Below are positions 24,701-38,923 of a DNA stretch of 64,000 nt, piece after piece. The notes beneath the pieces were generated by a model. The model saw only the letters and a program-made list of their open reading frames with translations. It was not told where the DNA came from and searched no databases. The DNA lies in contig NC_043008.1 in the NCBI RefSeq assembly GCF_006345805.1, forward strand, positions 52,514,001-52,578,000, in the 5' to 3' direction. Origin of the DNA: Octopus sinensis. Taxonomy: Eukaryota. The translations under genes were made by a program, and so were the position numbers. The first letter of the stretch is position 1. Each line of letters starts with the position of its first letter.

Positions 24701-26284
24701 GCAGTGGGACTGAACTCAAAACCATGTGGTTGGTAAGCAAGCTACTTACCACACAGCCACTCCTGCGCCTACACTGTGCATTAGGATTTTTTTAAATGTC
24801 AAATTGTCATGTGTTAAAAAAATAAATCTTATCCATAATTTTGTTCTATTTAAATATGATTAATAAAACAAGCTGAACAATAGCTTTCTACATTTTTTCT
24901 AAACTTTTAACTTAAAATTCATACACGTATGAAATAAACCATTTGTAATGGTAAAACCCTTGGATGAAAGGAGTCCCACTGGCAACCTTTGCCTTTTTCC
25001 AACCAAGAATTTTTAACCCAACACTTCATCATCATCATTATCATCATCATTTAGTGTCCGCTTTCCATGCTAGCATGGGTTGGACGGTTCAACTGGGGTC
25101 TGGGAAGCCAGAAGGCTGCACCAGGCCCAGTCTGATTTGGCAATGTTTCTACGGCTGGATGCCCTTCCTAACGCCAACCACTCCGTGAGTGTAGTGGGTG
25201 CTTTTTACGTGCCACCGGCACGGGGGCCAGGCGAGGCTGGCAAACGGCCACGGTCGGATGGTGCTTTTTATGTGCCACCGGCACGAGGGCCGGGCAAGGC
25301 TGGCAAAAGGCCACGGTCGGATGTTGCTTTTTATGTGCCACCGGCACGAGGGCCGGGCAAGGCTGGCAAACGGCCACGGTCGGATGGTGCTTTTTACGTG
25401 CCACCGGTACGGGGGCCAGGTGAGGCTGGCAAACGGCCACGGTCGGATGGTGCTTTTTATGTGCCACCGGCACGAGGGCCGGGCAAGGCTGGCAACAGCC
25501 ACGATCGGTTGGTGCTTTTTACGTGCCACATACTATTATTTATAGCTTTATGAAAACAGCAAGCTAGCAGAACTGTTAGCACACCTGGTGAAATGCAAAG
25601 CAGCATTACCTCTATCATTATGCTCCAAGTTCAAATTCTGTTAAATAAAATAAGTTCAAGTTGAGAACTTGGGTTGATGTATTTGACTTACACCCTCTCC
25701 TGAAATTGCTAGCCTTGTGCCAAAATCTGAAACCATTACATATTGTGCTAGAAAACGCTCCCTATCCATTGGACGGTTTGTATAGGTGAAGAGGGTTAAC
25801 TTGGATGGTGTTAAGTAGGGAAGATGTTTCGTGATTGTATGTTGTGGTTACTTTTGACTGTTTCTTATCAATAAGGATGATTGATAATGAATCTTAACAC
25901 AATATATATACAACTTCAAGTGGAATCAGACATCATAAACAACATTAAACTTTTTTGCACTCAAGTATACTTCATGTTGACACCTGTATACCAAACTGAT
26001 AATAATTCATGGGGTGTAGGTAGAACAGCAGGAATGCACACCATTATGTATTACTCTTTACTCTTTTACTTGTTTCAGTCATTTGACTGTGGCCATGCTG
26101 GAGCACCGCCTTTAATTGAGCAACTCGACCCCGGGACTTATTCTTTGAAAGCCCAGTACTTATTCCATTGGTCTCTTTTGCTGAACCGCTAAGTGACGGG
26201 GATGTAAACACACCAGCATCGGTTGTCAAGCAATGCTAGGGGGACAAACACAGACACACAAACACACACACACATATATATATA

Positions 26285-26322
<38 letters not shown>

Positions 26323-26458
26323 CAATAATAATTCTCTAAACGAGATATAGACAGTAACTGCTCCATAACATAAGGGACGTTAGCCATCTGAATGTGGCTA
26401 GGGACAGGGCAGGGTGGTGGGGTGTTACTGATGCATTTAGCCCCAAATATATCTATAT

Positions 26459-26500
<42 letters not shown>

Positions 26501-29500
26501 TACGATGGGCTTCTTTCAGTTTCCGTCTACCAAATCCACTCACAAGGCTTTGGTCGGCCCGAGGCTATAGTAGAAGATACTTGCCCAAGGTGCCACGCAG
26601 TGGGACTGAACCCGGAACCATGTGGTTGGTAAACAAGCTACTTACCACACAGCCACTCCTGCGCCTACTCATTTTTAATACATTCTGCCAGATTCAAATA
26701 TGAATGTTCATCATTGTTGATTTTCATTGTCAGTGAATGCCTCTTCCCTTTAGATAACCTGTGTGTTATGAACACACAGGTTTCATCAGTGTAAGGGGAC
26801 TTCAAGATGCCACTGTTTTGAAATCATCATGTTTCCTCAGTCAAAGCTACTCCTGAGCCAATGAACCTAGTAAAAGCAGATCTTGTTCATCCATCCAGTG
26901 GGGTGGCATCAACAATTTTGGAACATAGCAGTGGCTCCCTGTTCCTTTCGAGCAATGAATGCGAATCATAGATGTTATGAACAGACATAAACTAAAAGTA
27001 GGAGGTAGTCTCTGTTAACGAGAAACAACAGTGATTAAGATATTTATGTTTGAACTGACCAGAATATATTGGTTTGAAATTTTGGTACGAGGTCAGCAAT
27101 TCTGGGAGATGAGGTAAATTGATCACATTGACCTCAAAGCTCACATGGTATTTATTTTATCGAAACCAAAAGGATGAAAGACAAAGTTGATCTCAGAAAT
27201 TTGAACTTAGAATGTAAAGATAAACGAAATGCCATTAAAGGTTCTGCCAGCTCACTGCCTTATTCTACCAGAACAAATCAACAATGAATAGATATGTTAT
27301 GTACAAATAATTTAGTTTTAGTTAAATACATATAGATAAGCATTTTATAATGCATTATTGTACTGAGCTGTGTTTTTGTCAAAGTTCATTGAATGCCATT
27401 GTAAAACCTGCACTATGTCACTGTTGATATGCATATCATAGGTTTGCTATCATTGGCTTAGTACAGTGGTACTTAACCTGGGGTTGCAAGCCCTTGAGAA
27501 AAAGCAGGAATTTCTCTAATTATATGTGTTATTCTCTTAACAAGAACATGGTCAAATAAATGAAAAGTTTATGAAAAAATGCATAAGTATCACCTTATAT
27601 CTTTAGTTTTCTTATTCTACTATCTTAGTGCTGCTTACCATTTTCTGTACTTATTGACCCCCCTATCCTTCATATCCCCAAAAAACCTCATTAATTCTGG
27701 TTTGTAGCTTTAACATTTGCCTTTATTTTGTAATGTTTTCATTACAGCAAGACTCAGGTTAAGAACCACTGGTATAAAGCTTAGATATTATTATCATGTA
27801 AAGACAAACATCTTTTTCAGTTAATAGAGTACAGACAAGTTTGATCCACAGTTTTCATATATATGAAATAATGTGATTCTTAAAAATCAAGAGACATACT
27901 GAAACATTATCAGATCATTATAGTAACATACTAAGTGAGTCAAGATTATTGAAAAGGTTGCAAGACGCAACGAAAATTTTAGAAAATAGAAATAAGAAAT
28001 AAGTGGAAATTTTACCGGTGAGTGTGTTAAATAATAAGGCATTAAAAGAGAATGACTCTCCGCAGACACAAAAGAATATGCTTCAACACACGAACTCATA
28101 TAAAGAATCTTGAAAACCAAATCCAAAAACGAAACATACTAAGAAATATCAACTTAATTTTAAAAATTGAAAACTATGTTTGGATCCACATATCTTTGTG
28201 AAACTGCATTTTCCATGCTCATTGCTCTCAAGACCAAGTACAGAAACAGGCTAGATGTTAAAAGGGACTTACATTGTGCACTCTCTGGCATTCAACTATG
28301 CATTCAAGATCTTGTAGCTAAGAAGCAGTGTCAAGTATCTCACTTTTTTGTATAATGTGATTATATATAAAATTATACGTATTTCGTATAATGTGACTAA
28401 TTCATATTCAATAAAAAGACTAAAAACATATTTTAGATTTTATTTAAAATCTGAAAGGGAATTTTATTCATAGTTGCAAGTGGGGCATGGAGAGAAGGAC
28501 AAATTTGTAGGGGAGACTATGTAGTAAAAAGGTTAAGGACCACTGGTCTAGGATGTTGGTGTGTGAAACAGTAGCTGCCCTTCTATAGGTGTGAGAGTAT
28601 TTCAATGTGAGTCCTGAGCTTTGTAAAAAATTAGCACCTAACCAGAATTGAAGTCTATCCTGATTCTAAATGGGGATTCTAGTCTTTGTGAGGAAATTGG
28701 TTTTTGCAATGCCATATTTATCTGGAACTCTCTCAGTCACGAATGTTGGATAATGACCAAAAGAGTACCATTGTGAATACAAGCAACTGAAATTGGGTTT
28801 TTCTCTGATGAGGGAGTAATGTTACTCAAAAGGGTGTTTACCTCAGATACCAGGGACTCACTCTGGGTTGAGCCACTACTCAGCATTAAAAGGTCACAGC
28901 TCCGTTACTATAGACATGTGATAATAATGTCTCAGGAAAGAAAGTTTAATGATGGTAACATAGGGCCCTATGGAGGAGGTGTTTGAGGATACTGTCCCCA
29001 CTAACCTCCCATGATTAGTGGGCAGAGAAATGGATGGATGGATATTTATTTGGGTTTCCTCTTGAGAGATTGTCCAAGATTGTGAAATCTAGGATTTTGT
29101 AATAAAGAGCTTTGAAGGTTTTAAATATATGTGAAACATAACTGGAGAATGTGTAGTGTGAGACTGTTTAATGCCACCTCACATCTTTCCTCAAGGTTTT
29201 AGAATTAATACTGCTACATACGTGATGTGCTGGAAGTAGCTGTTAAGCCCTGGTGCAGTGGAAGGCCATATGTGTTTCAACAATACTTGGTGCCTTTTCA
29301 CAAAGCCTACGTAACTCAAGAATGGATATCAAACAATCTTTGTAATCATGTAACATTAAACTCGCATGATGTTTGAAGCATTGTTGGAAGGGAGACTAAT
29401 TGACACCTACACAATACCGTAGCTTCAATTAAGACCACCATTCTCCAGGTGATGTCTGAAATGCATAAGGACCATTTAATGCCAGCATGCCAATAATTCC

Positions 29501-30080
29501 ATTGCTGTATTGAAACATAACAGAAGCTGAATGGGAACATTTTGAATAATCTTATAAGAATGCTTGCCAAGAAAACATACATAATTATTTTTAAATACCT
29601 TTGTTTTTTTTTTGTTAGATTAGAGTCGTTTTATTAAATTATCAAATATGTTCTCAACATGCAGTGAGGACATATTTTTAATTACACACACACACACGCA
29701 TGCATACACATGCACATGTACACACACATGTAACAAATGAGAGAAAGAGAAAATGGAATTCATGTGATTCTTTATTAATCACAACAATTTTTTGACCTTT
29801 TGACCCGTCTTACATCTGTCCCTCTCAGGTGAGATACTGTACAATGTGTAGGACTGATGCAAGATGGGTCATAATGATTGTTGCAATTCATAGAGAATCT
29901 TGTGAATTTTATTCTCTCTTTCTCATTTGTTATAAACTCAACAGACACAGAAGAATTCCTGAGGTAGATCCAGTGGCATCTATATGCATACTGTTAATGT
30001 CGTCAGGTAGCCATAGACAGCGATAATGCTTTAATCAGCATACTATCAGGTGTATACCCAAGTTTTAAATAACTACTTAC

Positions 30081-30117
<37 letters not shown>

Positions 30118-30311
30118 TAATCCAAACAAGAGAGCACAAAAAAACACAACGATGCAAGGATGTGAAACAAATATAGTATTATTGGACGCTAATGAAAGAA
30201 GGAGGGTTTAACGTTTCGAGCGGAGCTCTTCGTCGGAAACATAGGGGAAGGAAAGATCAAGAGAAGGGAAAACAGAGGGAAAAAAATCGCCAACGGTACA
30301 CACAAGGTCAC

Positions 30312-30356
<45 letters not shown>

Positions 30357-33300
30357 CCTAAATGGCGGTGCCCCAGCATGGCCACAGCTCGTGACATTTT
30401 CCCAAGAGCCTTGCATCCACATGGTTAGAAAGCAAACTTTTTAACCACACAGTCATACATGTACTTCATATATGCCTATCCTCTTTGTATTGTTACAGGG
30501 TTACAAAATGTTAGAGATATTTGTAGCAGAGGCAATATGTTTCTTTTTGTTGTTATAGTTTTTGTTTTGATTATGGAAATTGCTCTTATTTAGTAGGGCA
30601 ATCGGATTCTTTGGGGGAATAATTAAATAGTTATGTAATGTAATATCTTCCAAGTTAGGCTCAACTATAATTTAGTTTAAAATGTCAATAGTAATATTTA
30701 TTTCAGTACTACTAACAGTAATATCTTTATATTTACTACTACAACTAAAAATGAGGAGTGTTCATCCAATTGAAAACAGATACAAACTGTGAACTAAACG
30801 GAAACACTTAGGTCCATATTTCTGTTAAACCTTTTGCTACCAACCCACCTAAGACCATTTCTGGTTCTATGATGCAAACTTCCTGTTGTCTAGGAATCTG
30901 AAGCCTTCCATCAAAATTTCTTATTAATTTTTGTTCCAAACATTAGTTTAATAATAACAAAGTTCTTTTATTAAATTCTTTGTTAATTCCAAAATTAATT
31001 GAAACAATGTTAGTGTATTTCAACAAAAATATGGTAATGAAATTATTAAACATGACACCAAATGGTTTTTCTCATGGAGCAGTCTAAGAGGTGAAATGGC
31101 TAATGCTTGTTCTGAGCCGCAATTTTTGAACCCATAGGAATTTGGATAATTATGGTGGTGATGCTCATTTTACAACCATCATGCACTGTTAAGAAAAAAA
31201 GAGATTAAAAACACCCCCAATCACACACATGCATTCCCTACTTACACACATAATGGGATTCTTTCAGTTTCCACCTGCAAGATCTACTCACAAGACTGGA
31301 TGATTTGGAGCTGTAGTAGAAGACACTTACCTGAGGTGCCATGCAGTGAACTTGAACCTGAAACCATGTGGTTGGGAAGCAGTTTTCTTGGACCATACAG
31401 CCATGCCTGCACTCTGGTTCTGTAAATGTCTTCATGGTTTAAAAGATATTTACGTGCATTTATTTGATCTCAGGGTCATATTTGAAGAACATCAAACAAT
31501 ATCAAAAGATGAGAACATTTCTGATTTGTGACTAGGTGCTGGTGTAGTTGTGTGGATATGGAGATATGTGGTTTACTTACTACATGGTTTCAAATCTTCA
31601 AACAAGTTTTCTTTTACAATTACCTCAGAGCAACCAATGCCTTGGAATTGGAATTAATAGATGGTAACTCTATGGTTAGTTCACATTACTATGTAAAGAG
31701 CATAGGATTGGTTTCTTTGTTTCGCTGGTGTATATATATATATATTTTCTCCTGGATGGGACACTAGTCTGTTGCAGGATTACTCATTTTTGCCTGCTGA
31801 ATGGACTGAAGAAACATGAAATGAAGTGTTTTGCTCAATGTTAGGGCAGGATTATGATGTTGCATTTCTAGAATGAAGGCAGACTCCTAAGAGTAAACAG
31901 TTTTATAGTCTTCTCTTGAAATAAGATGACATTCTTATCTCTTTTACCATTGTGACATGATAATTTTTTTTTTAGATAAAAAGAAAAATAGGCTCTCTCT
32001 CTCTCTCTCTCTCTCTGTCCAGTGTGAACATTGATATTTATGGTAAGACAACCTTGGGATCATAGGATACTACATAAATAGATTTTACTACTCTACTACC
32101 AGGCAAAAAAGCAACAATTCTACACCATTCAATAAATGTCAGTCACACTTAATTATAGATACAACACAAAAAATCATACTGGAATAAATATGGATACAGC
32201 AGATATAAAACACTAAAGTTATTATGAAACGGATAAAATGTCATCCGACTTTGAATCAGAAACCGAACATAGGAGAGATTTAAAGGTTAGACCAATAGCT
32301 TTATGTAATCTACAATGAATGATTGAATAAAAGGTTAGCTCTGCTTACCCCTCAATTCTTTATCATTATTATTATTATTATTGCAATGTATCAATGATGA
32401 TTTATTTTGCATATTCTTTATAATTTGGTCAGTTGACTACAACATGGCATATTTTATATGCAAGACTGCAGACCAACGTCTGAATTTTGGAACAACTGAC
32501 ATTGTTCAAATGACACTTCAAAAGTTTGTATGCAATCATCATATCATAATGATTATCTGTTTAATTTTTTTCATTTGCTTTCTTTTTGTAAGTTGCTTCT
32601 TCTTTGAGGAGGTGAATTGCTCTGTATTGTCTAATGCACGTAGATCGTGCAGAACATAATTATAATTATAATACTTGAATTAGAGAGTTAGTATAAAAAT
32701 AAAATAAAATAACCTTACCTTTATACATACAGATATATATATATATATATAAATATCATCATTATCATCGTTTAACATCTGTTTTCCATGCTAGCATGGG
32801 TTGGATGGTTTGACCGGGGTCTGGGAAGCCAGGAGACTGCACCAAGCTCCAGTCTGATCTGGCAATGTTTCTACGGCTGGATGCCCTTTCTAACACCAAC
32901 CACTCCGTGAGTGTAGTGGGTGCTTTTAGCATGCCACTGGCACAGGTGCCAAGGGAGACTGGTGCTTTTTACGATCGGTTGGTGCTTTTTACGTGCCACC
33001 AGCACAGAAGCCAGTCAAGGCGGCGCTGGCATCGGTCACATACGGATGGTGCTTTTAACATGCCACCGGCACAGGGGCCAGGGGAGGCTGGCAATGGCCA
33101 CGATTGGTTGGTGCTTTTTACGTGCCACCAGCATGGAAGCCAGTCAAGGTGGCACTAGCATCAGCCACGTACGGATGGTGCTTTTAACGTGCCACCGGCA
33201 CAGATATCACAACTACAATTACCATTTGATTTTCTATATATGTATATATATATCAGTAGTGTGAGGTTTCTTTTGAGGTTGGCCATACAATAAATATAAA

Positions 33301-33975
33301 ATTTTGACTGAAAAACTTATAGGCTGACAAAAATACTCTCATGGAATGTGACCAAATGAGGTTTATTTTTCAATCTAGTCCCCACTTGCGGTCCATGCAC
33401 TTCTTGCATTAGTGTTGCCATTGGTGAAGAAGCTTTCATTCTGTTGGCCAAAAAAGTCATTAAGACCAGACACGATGTCAGCATCCCTGCAATACTGGTC
33501 CCCAACCAATGTGTTTTACCTATTCATGAACAAATGATAATCAGATGGGATCAAATCAGTGATGGTGGTCATCTACTTCGAAGCCACAGTCATGCATAGA
33601 AGCCATTGAAACCAAGAACATGTGACAAAATTAAATAAATGAATGAATAACAATAATAAATGAGCATGTAAGAGAGGGGGAATTGGATTGCATGTAGGGA
33701 TCTTAAGTTTTCTCTAACATATTGCATGGAAGCCGAAACTGGGTGCATAGATAGATAAGGAAATGATAAAGTAATCATAATTTGCACTGTGAAAAGTGTT
33801 TTTTAGATGTGTGGTAGGCTGGAAACAAAGTTGCTTATCTGAACATCTTCTTTGACTTTCACTGTGTGTAGCAAGATATTAAGATATGAGGTAGGGGAAT
33901 CCAAATAGAGCTAATTTATATAGGGGGGGAGGCAATGTTGTCATGTTGGGAGAAGCAAGTGGTTAATGGAACTGG

Positions 33976-34033
<58 letters not shown>

Positions 34034-37000
34034 GGGGAGTCCAGAGTTAGACTGACCAAGGACAAAACATGAGGAGATGGAATTTTGGGGATTTAGAGTA
34101 ACATAATTGAACAATTGAATTTAACTTGCCATCATAACATACCGCTTGGTGAATAACAACACAAAACAGCAAACACTCTGGCTGCTATTGTGAAAGAATA
34201 ACAATAATAATAATAATAATAATAAAGAAATAGAATTGGACATTTGCATTCTTAACTAGAGCTATAACCAGTCAGCCAAACTGTGGCAAAATTAGATAAA
34301 TGATTGCGTAACAACAATAAATGAGTGTGAAAGAGAAGGAGAAAGTGGGAGAATTGGATTGTATGTAGGGATCCTAAGTTTTCTCTATGAATGTATATAT
34401 AAATGTGTGTTGGTGTACATGTATGTGTGTCTATATCTATATATGTGTGTGTGTGTATTTATTGGCTCTGAATGTCTGGCTGAAGCACTCTTCCATCGTA
34501 CCTCTTGCACACAGCACACTTCTATTTGTTTTTGCTCAAGCATCTCTTCAATCTCACCAAACCGACCTTGTTTGTATCAATATGCACAATCATGCTTACG
34601 TGTATATGTGTGTGTGTGTGTGTGTGTTGCTTAGAAATGTGATGATTAGTGACAGGAAGAACATCTATGTGTATAAAAATTTACCTCAATGAAGCATGGA
34701 GAAATGAATGTTCAGTATGTTTGTATGTATGTATGTGCTGACATACTTATAAAATGGTGAATTGTACTTCTATTTTACAAAATTAGGTGGTTTACAAAAC
34801 AATGATCCGTTGAGAGTTGTTAGGCAGATTTTTGTATTCATCATTTGAAATGTTAATGAGTTGTTTTAACCCCAAAAGGATTTTGTTTTTATCAAAGTGC
34901 ATTAAATTTCTATGTTAATACATTGTCCCAGTTGCAGTTTATAAATATTTTCACACTCTTTTTTGTTTTCTCTTTCAAATCCCAATGTTGTTATTAAGAA
35001 TATTTCTCTTCTTTTTTTTTGTCTGCAGAGTAAGGATAATGTCAGTATCTCTGGTAGACCTTTCTAGATTAGTGGGAACAATTCAGTTGATGTCTAGTTT
35101 GAACTTTTGTAGGAGATGAAATGGGGAAAGTTTGAGACATTGCATACATGTAGCTCAGGGGTAAAGTATTTAGTAGAACCCTAACCCTAACCCCAATTTA
35201 GTAGATCAAATGAAACAAAAGGAGTGACAAAGAAAAGCAAAGGTAGGTGCATTGAGTGGTATACAGTTAACGAATTTAGAGAAGCAGTGACTGTTGTGAC
35301 TGTTTGAAAAACGTTCGAAGAGTGTGGGGAGAGAATGCTTGTGGGTTAGTCATTGTGGGATTATGCTGGTTTCAAATTTTGGTACAAGGCCTGCAATTTT
35401 GGGGGAGGAAACAAGTTGATTACATTGACTCCAATATTCAACTGACACTTATTTTATCAACCCCAAAAGGATGGAAGCAAAGTCAACCTTGGCAGAATTT
35501 GAACTCAGAACATAGTCAGACAAAATGCTGCCAAGCGTGTAAATGGTTCTGTGAGCTCGCTGCCTTTTTGTGGGACTATATTTTTAATATTTTATATTTC
35601 ACTGATTTCTCCCTTAGGTGTCCGTCTGGAGTTAAAAGGGGAAGCTCGTGTCCATTGGACTGAAAGACATTCGTCTGGAAGTGGTAAAAGCAGGACCACC
35701 ACAACACGACATTACTCAGCCACTGAAAACTATTTTGATTATACTGTCATCCTCTATGGCTCAGGTAAGGTCCCATTGTATGTGTTCGAATACACTCACA
35801 CAGACATGCATCCATGAACACACACACACACACACACATGCACGCGCGCACAAACCTTTTCTCTTTTGCAAACCTCTCCCATATTATTTAATTATAAATA
35901 TATATTTTGTTGTTATTTAGACACAGGTCAGCCTTCAATAAACAAATTAATGAGCAAAAGCATTCCAGCCATGCCTGTCTCATTTTTCTCCCGGAAATAG
36001 TACATCCAGGATTGCATCTACATTATTCAGTATGTTTTTCCTTTCTTAAACAGTAGGGTATGATTTGAATGAGATTTGGTTGCTGTTTCTAGCAGCTTTA
36101 GTGTCCACATAGAGGGTTTCTTATCAACTCATATAAGAATATTTTTTAAACAATTGCAGCGTGGAAGGTGTTTGTAAGCCATTTAAGAAACACACAAAAG
36201 CCGTTCAATTCACTTCAGCATTTAATTTTAATTTGTCAAAATATAAGACCGCAACCTGTTCACTGACAAAAATCCGATGCAGCATGAATTTTTGTCAGTG
36301 AACAGGTCGTGGTCTTATAGCGACGAAAATATTTTGACAAATTAAACTTAAATGTTGAAGTGAATCGAACAGCTTTTGTGTGTTTCTTAAATGGCTTATA
36401 AACACGTTCCACGCTGCAATTGTTTTCGTTTCAGCACACGATCTCAGATCAAATCACTTGCTATGCAAGTACATCTCCGAATATTTTTTAGCTTTTCTGA
36501 AAAAAGGGTTTTGGGTTATAACCACGAAAGTGAACATAACTGTTTAACATCTGAAGAATTGGGATTTTTGTGTAGTTAAGCATTATTCTTTGACCATATA
36601 ACCCACTCACGATGCTTTGGTTGTCCACTGAAGACACTTAGCCAAAGTACTACTCAGTGGGACTGAACCCTAAACCATCTGATTGCAAAGCTGCTTTTTA
36701 ACCACACTGTCATGCCTACATCTAAAAACACATAACCATAGCTATCCACATACATATATATACTTGTATAAATATTTTCTCCATTATGCATACATATTCT
36801 TCTTGTAGGTCCAGTTATGGGAGCTAATCAAGTGATATTGAATGGTGGAGAGCATCACTATCCTTTTGAGTTTATGCTTCCGTACAATATTCCATCGTCA
36901 TATGAAGGAGGGACCGGATATGTAAGATACTTTGTAAAAGCTGTTATGGATAAGCCTTGGAAATTTGATCATAAGTGCAAAGTTCCGTTCACTGTAATCA

Positions 37001-38104
37001 CAGTTCTGGATCTAAACCAGACACCAAATGCATTGGTAGGTACTTATCACCATCATAATCATCATCATTGACATCATTACCATCATTATCATCATTATTA
37101 TCATCATCATTATCATCATCACTATCATTGCCTTTGTCATCATTATTATTAACACCAGCACCACCTTTGTCTTCATTGTCATCATCTTCCTTAACATCAC
37201 CATCATTTCCTTCTACTATAGCTTTAGCCCTGGGCTAATGAAAGCCGAGTGAGTGAATTGAAACTGAAAGAAGCCTGTTGTACATACATACATACATACA
37301 TAAAAAACATCACCCTTTTCAAGCCTAGCCAGGCTCATGGGCCTGGTTTCCCGGTTTCTGTGGCATATGTGTTCCCCCCAGCTGAACAGATGCCAGTCCA
37401 TCACAGCATTACTCAAGAAACAGGAAGAGAGAGTGAGAGAAAGTTGTGGCGAAAGAGTACAACAGGGGTCGCCAACACCCCCTGCCAGAGCTTCGTGGAG
37501 CATTTAGGTGTTTTCGCTCAATAAATACACACAACATCCAGTCTGGGAATCGAAACCGCGATCCTCCAACCGCGAGTCCGCTGCCCTAACCACTGGGCCA
37601 TTGCACCTCCACTACATACATACATACATACATACATACATACATACATGTATGTGTGTGTACCTTTTGCTTGCATTTGTCTCCACCACACCACATGACA
37701 ACTGATATTGGTTTGTTTACATCCCCATAACTTAACTATTCAGCAAAATATAATAAGTACTTGATAAGTATTAGGGTCAATTTGTTTGACTAAACACATT
37801 AAGGTAATGCTCCAGCATGATCGCAGTTGAATGACTGTAAAAAGCAGAAGATTAAAGATTAAAGATGAAACATATTGAATCTAGTTACTTACTTTACTTA
37901 CTTTTACTTTTACTTGTTTCAGTCATTTGACTGTGGCCATGCTGGAGCACCGCCTTAGTCGAGCAAATCGACCCTGGGACTTATTCTTTGTAAGCCCAGT
38001 ACTTATTCTATCGGTCTCTTTTGCCGAACCGCTAAGTGACAGGGGCATAAACACACCAGCATCAGTTGTCAAGCAATGCTAGGGGGATAAACACAGACAC
38101 ACAA

Positions 38105-38154
<50 letters not shown>

Positions 38155-38610
38155 ATATATACGACAGGCTTCATTCAGTTTCCGTCTACCAAATCCACTC
38201 ACAAGGCATTGGTCGGCCTGAGGCTATAGCAGAAGATACTTGCCCAAGGTGCCACGCAGTGGGACTGAACCCGGAACCATGTGGTTGGTAAGCAAGCTAC
38301 TTACCACACACCCACTTCTACTTATTTGTTTTTCATCTTTCTCTTTGTTTTTTGTTTATTCTTTTTCAGCAACCACTCCAACAGCAAGGGACCAAGCATT
38401 TCTGCTGCTGTTGCTGCAAGTCCGGACCATTGAGTGCTCACGTGAATTTATATCGGACGGGTTACGTAAGTGGAGAGCAAATTTATATCAATGCTGAGAT
38501 ATGTAACATGTCAAACCGAGATATAACCCATTCAAAAGCATCCCTAGACATGGTGAGTGAACAGTTTTATCAGCTTCACCTTATTTTATGTCTGTGTGTG
38601 TCAGTGCATG

Positions 38611-38659
<49 letters not shown>

Positions 38660-38875
38660 CAGTGCATGCATGTGTGTGTGTGTGTGTGTGTGGTGTTTGT
38701 GTCAGATTAAAGTGATCATCAAATGGCATCACATGATATTATACAATACCCCAAGCTGAAGGTTGTGTGGCAAAGAATTTCACTTCCCAACCCCATGGTT
38801 CTGGGTTCATTCCTACTGCATGGAGCCTTGGGCAAGTGTCATCTGCTACAGCCTTAGGCTGACCAAAGCCTTGTG

Positions 38876-38923
<48 letters not shown>

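Noticed and set aside
25080-25553. 157-aa proline/glycine-rich protein
   Set aside because: Product of the 63-bp tandem unit within a repeat family; open in several frames, with no splice context.
26756-26792. Hammerhead ribozyme on - strand (CTGATGA plus 12-bp hairpin)
   Set aside because: No GAAA after stem II (reads ATCTAAA); only the hairpin is real.
35178-35196. Interstitial telomeric repeat (CCCTAA)n
   Set aside because: Only ~2.5 units; expected by chance.
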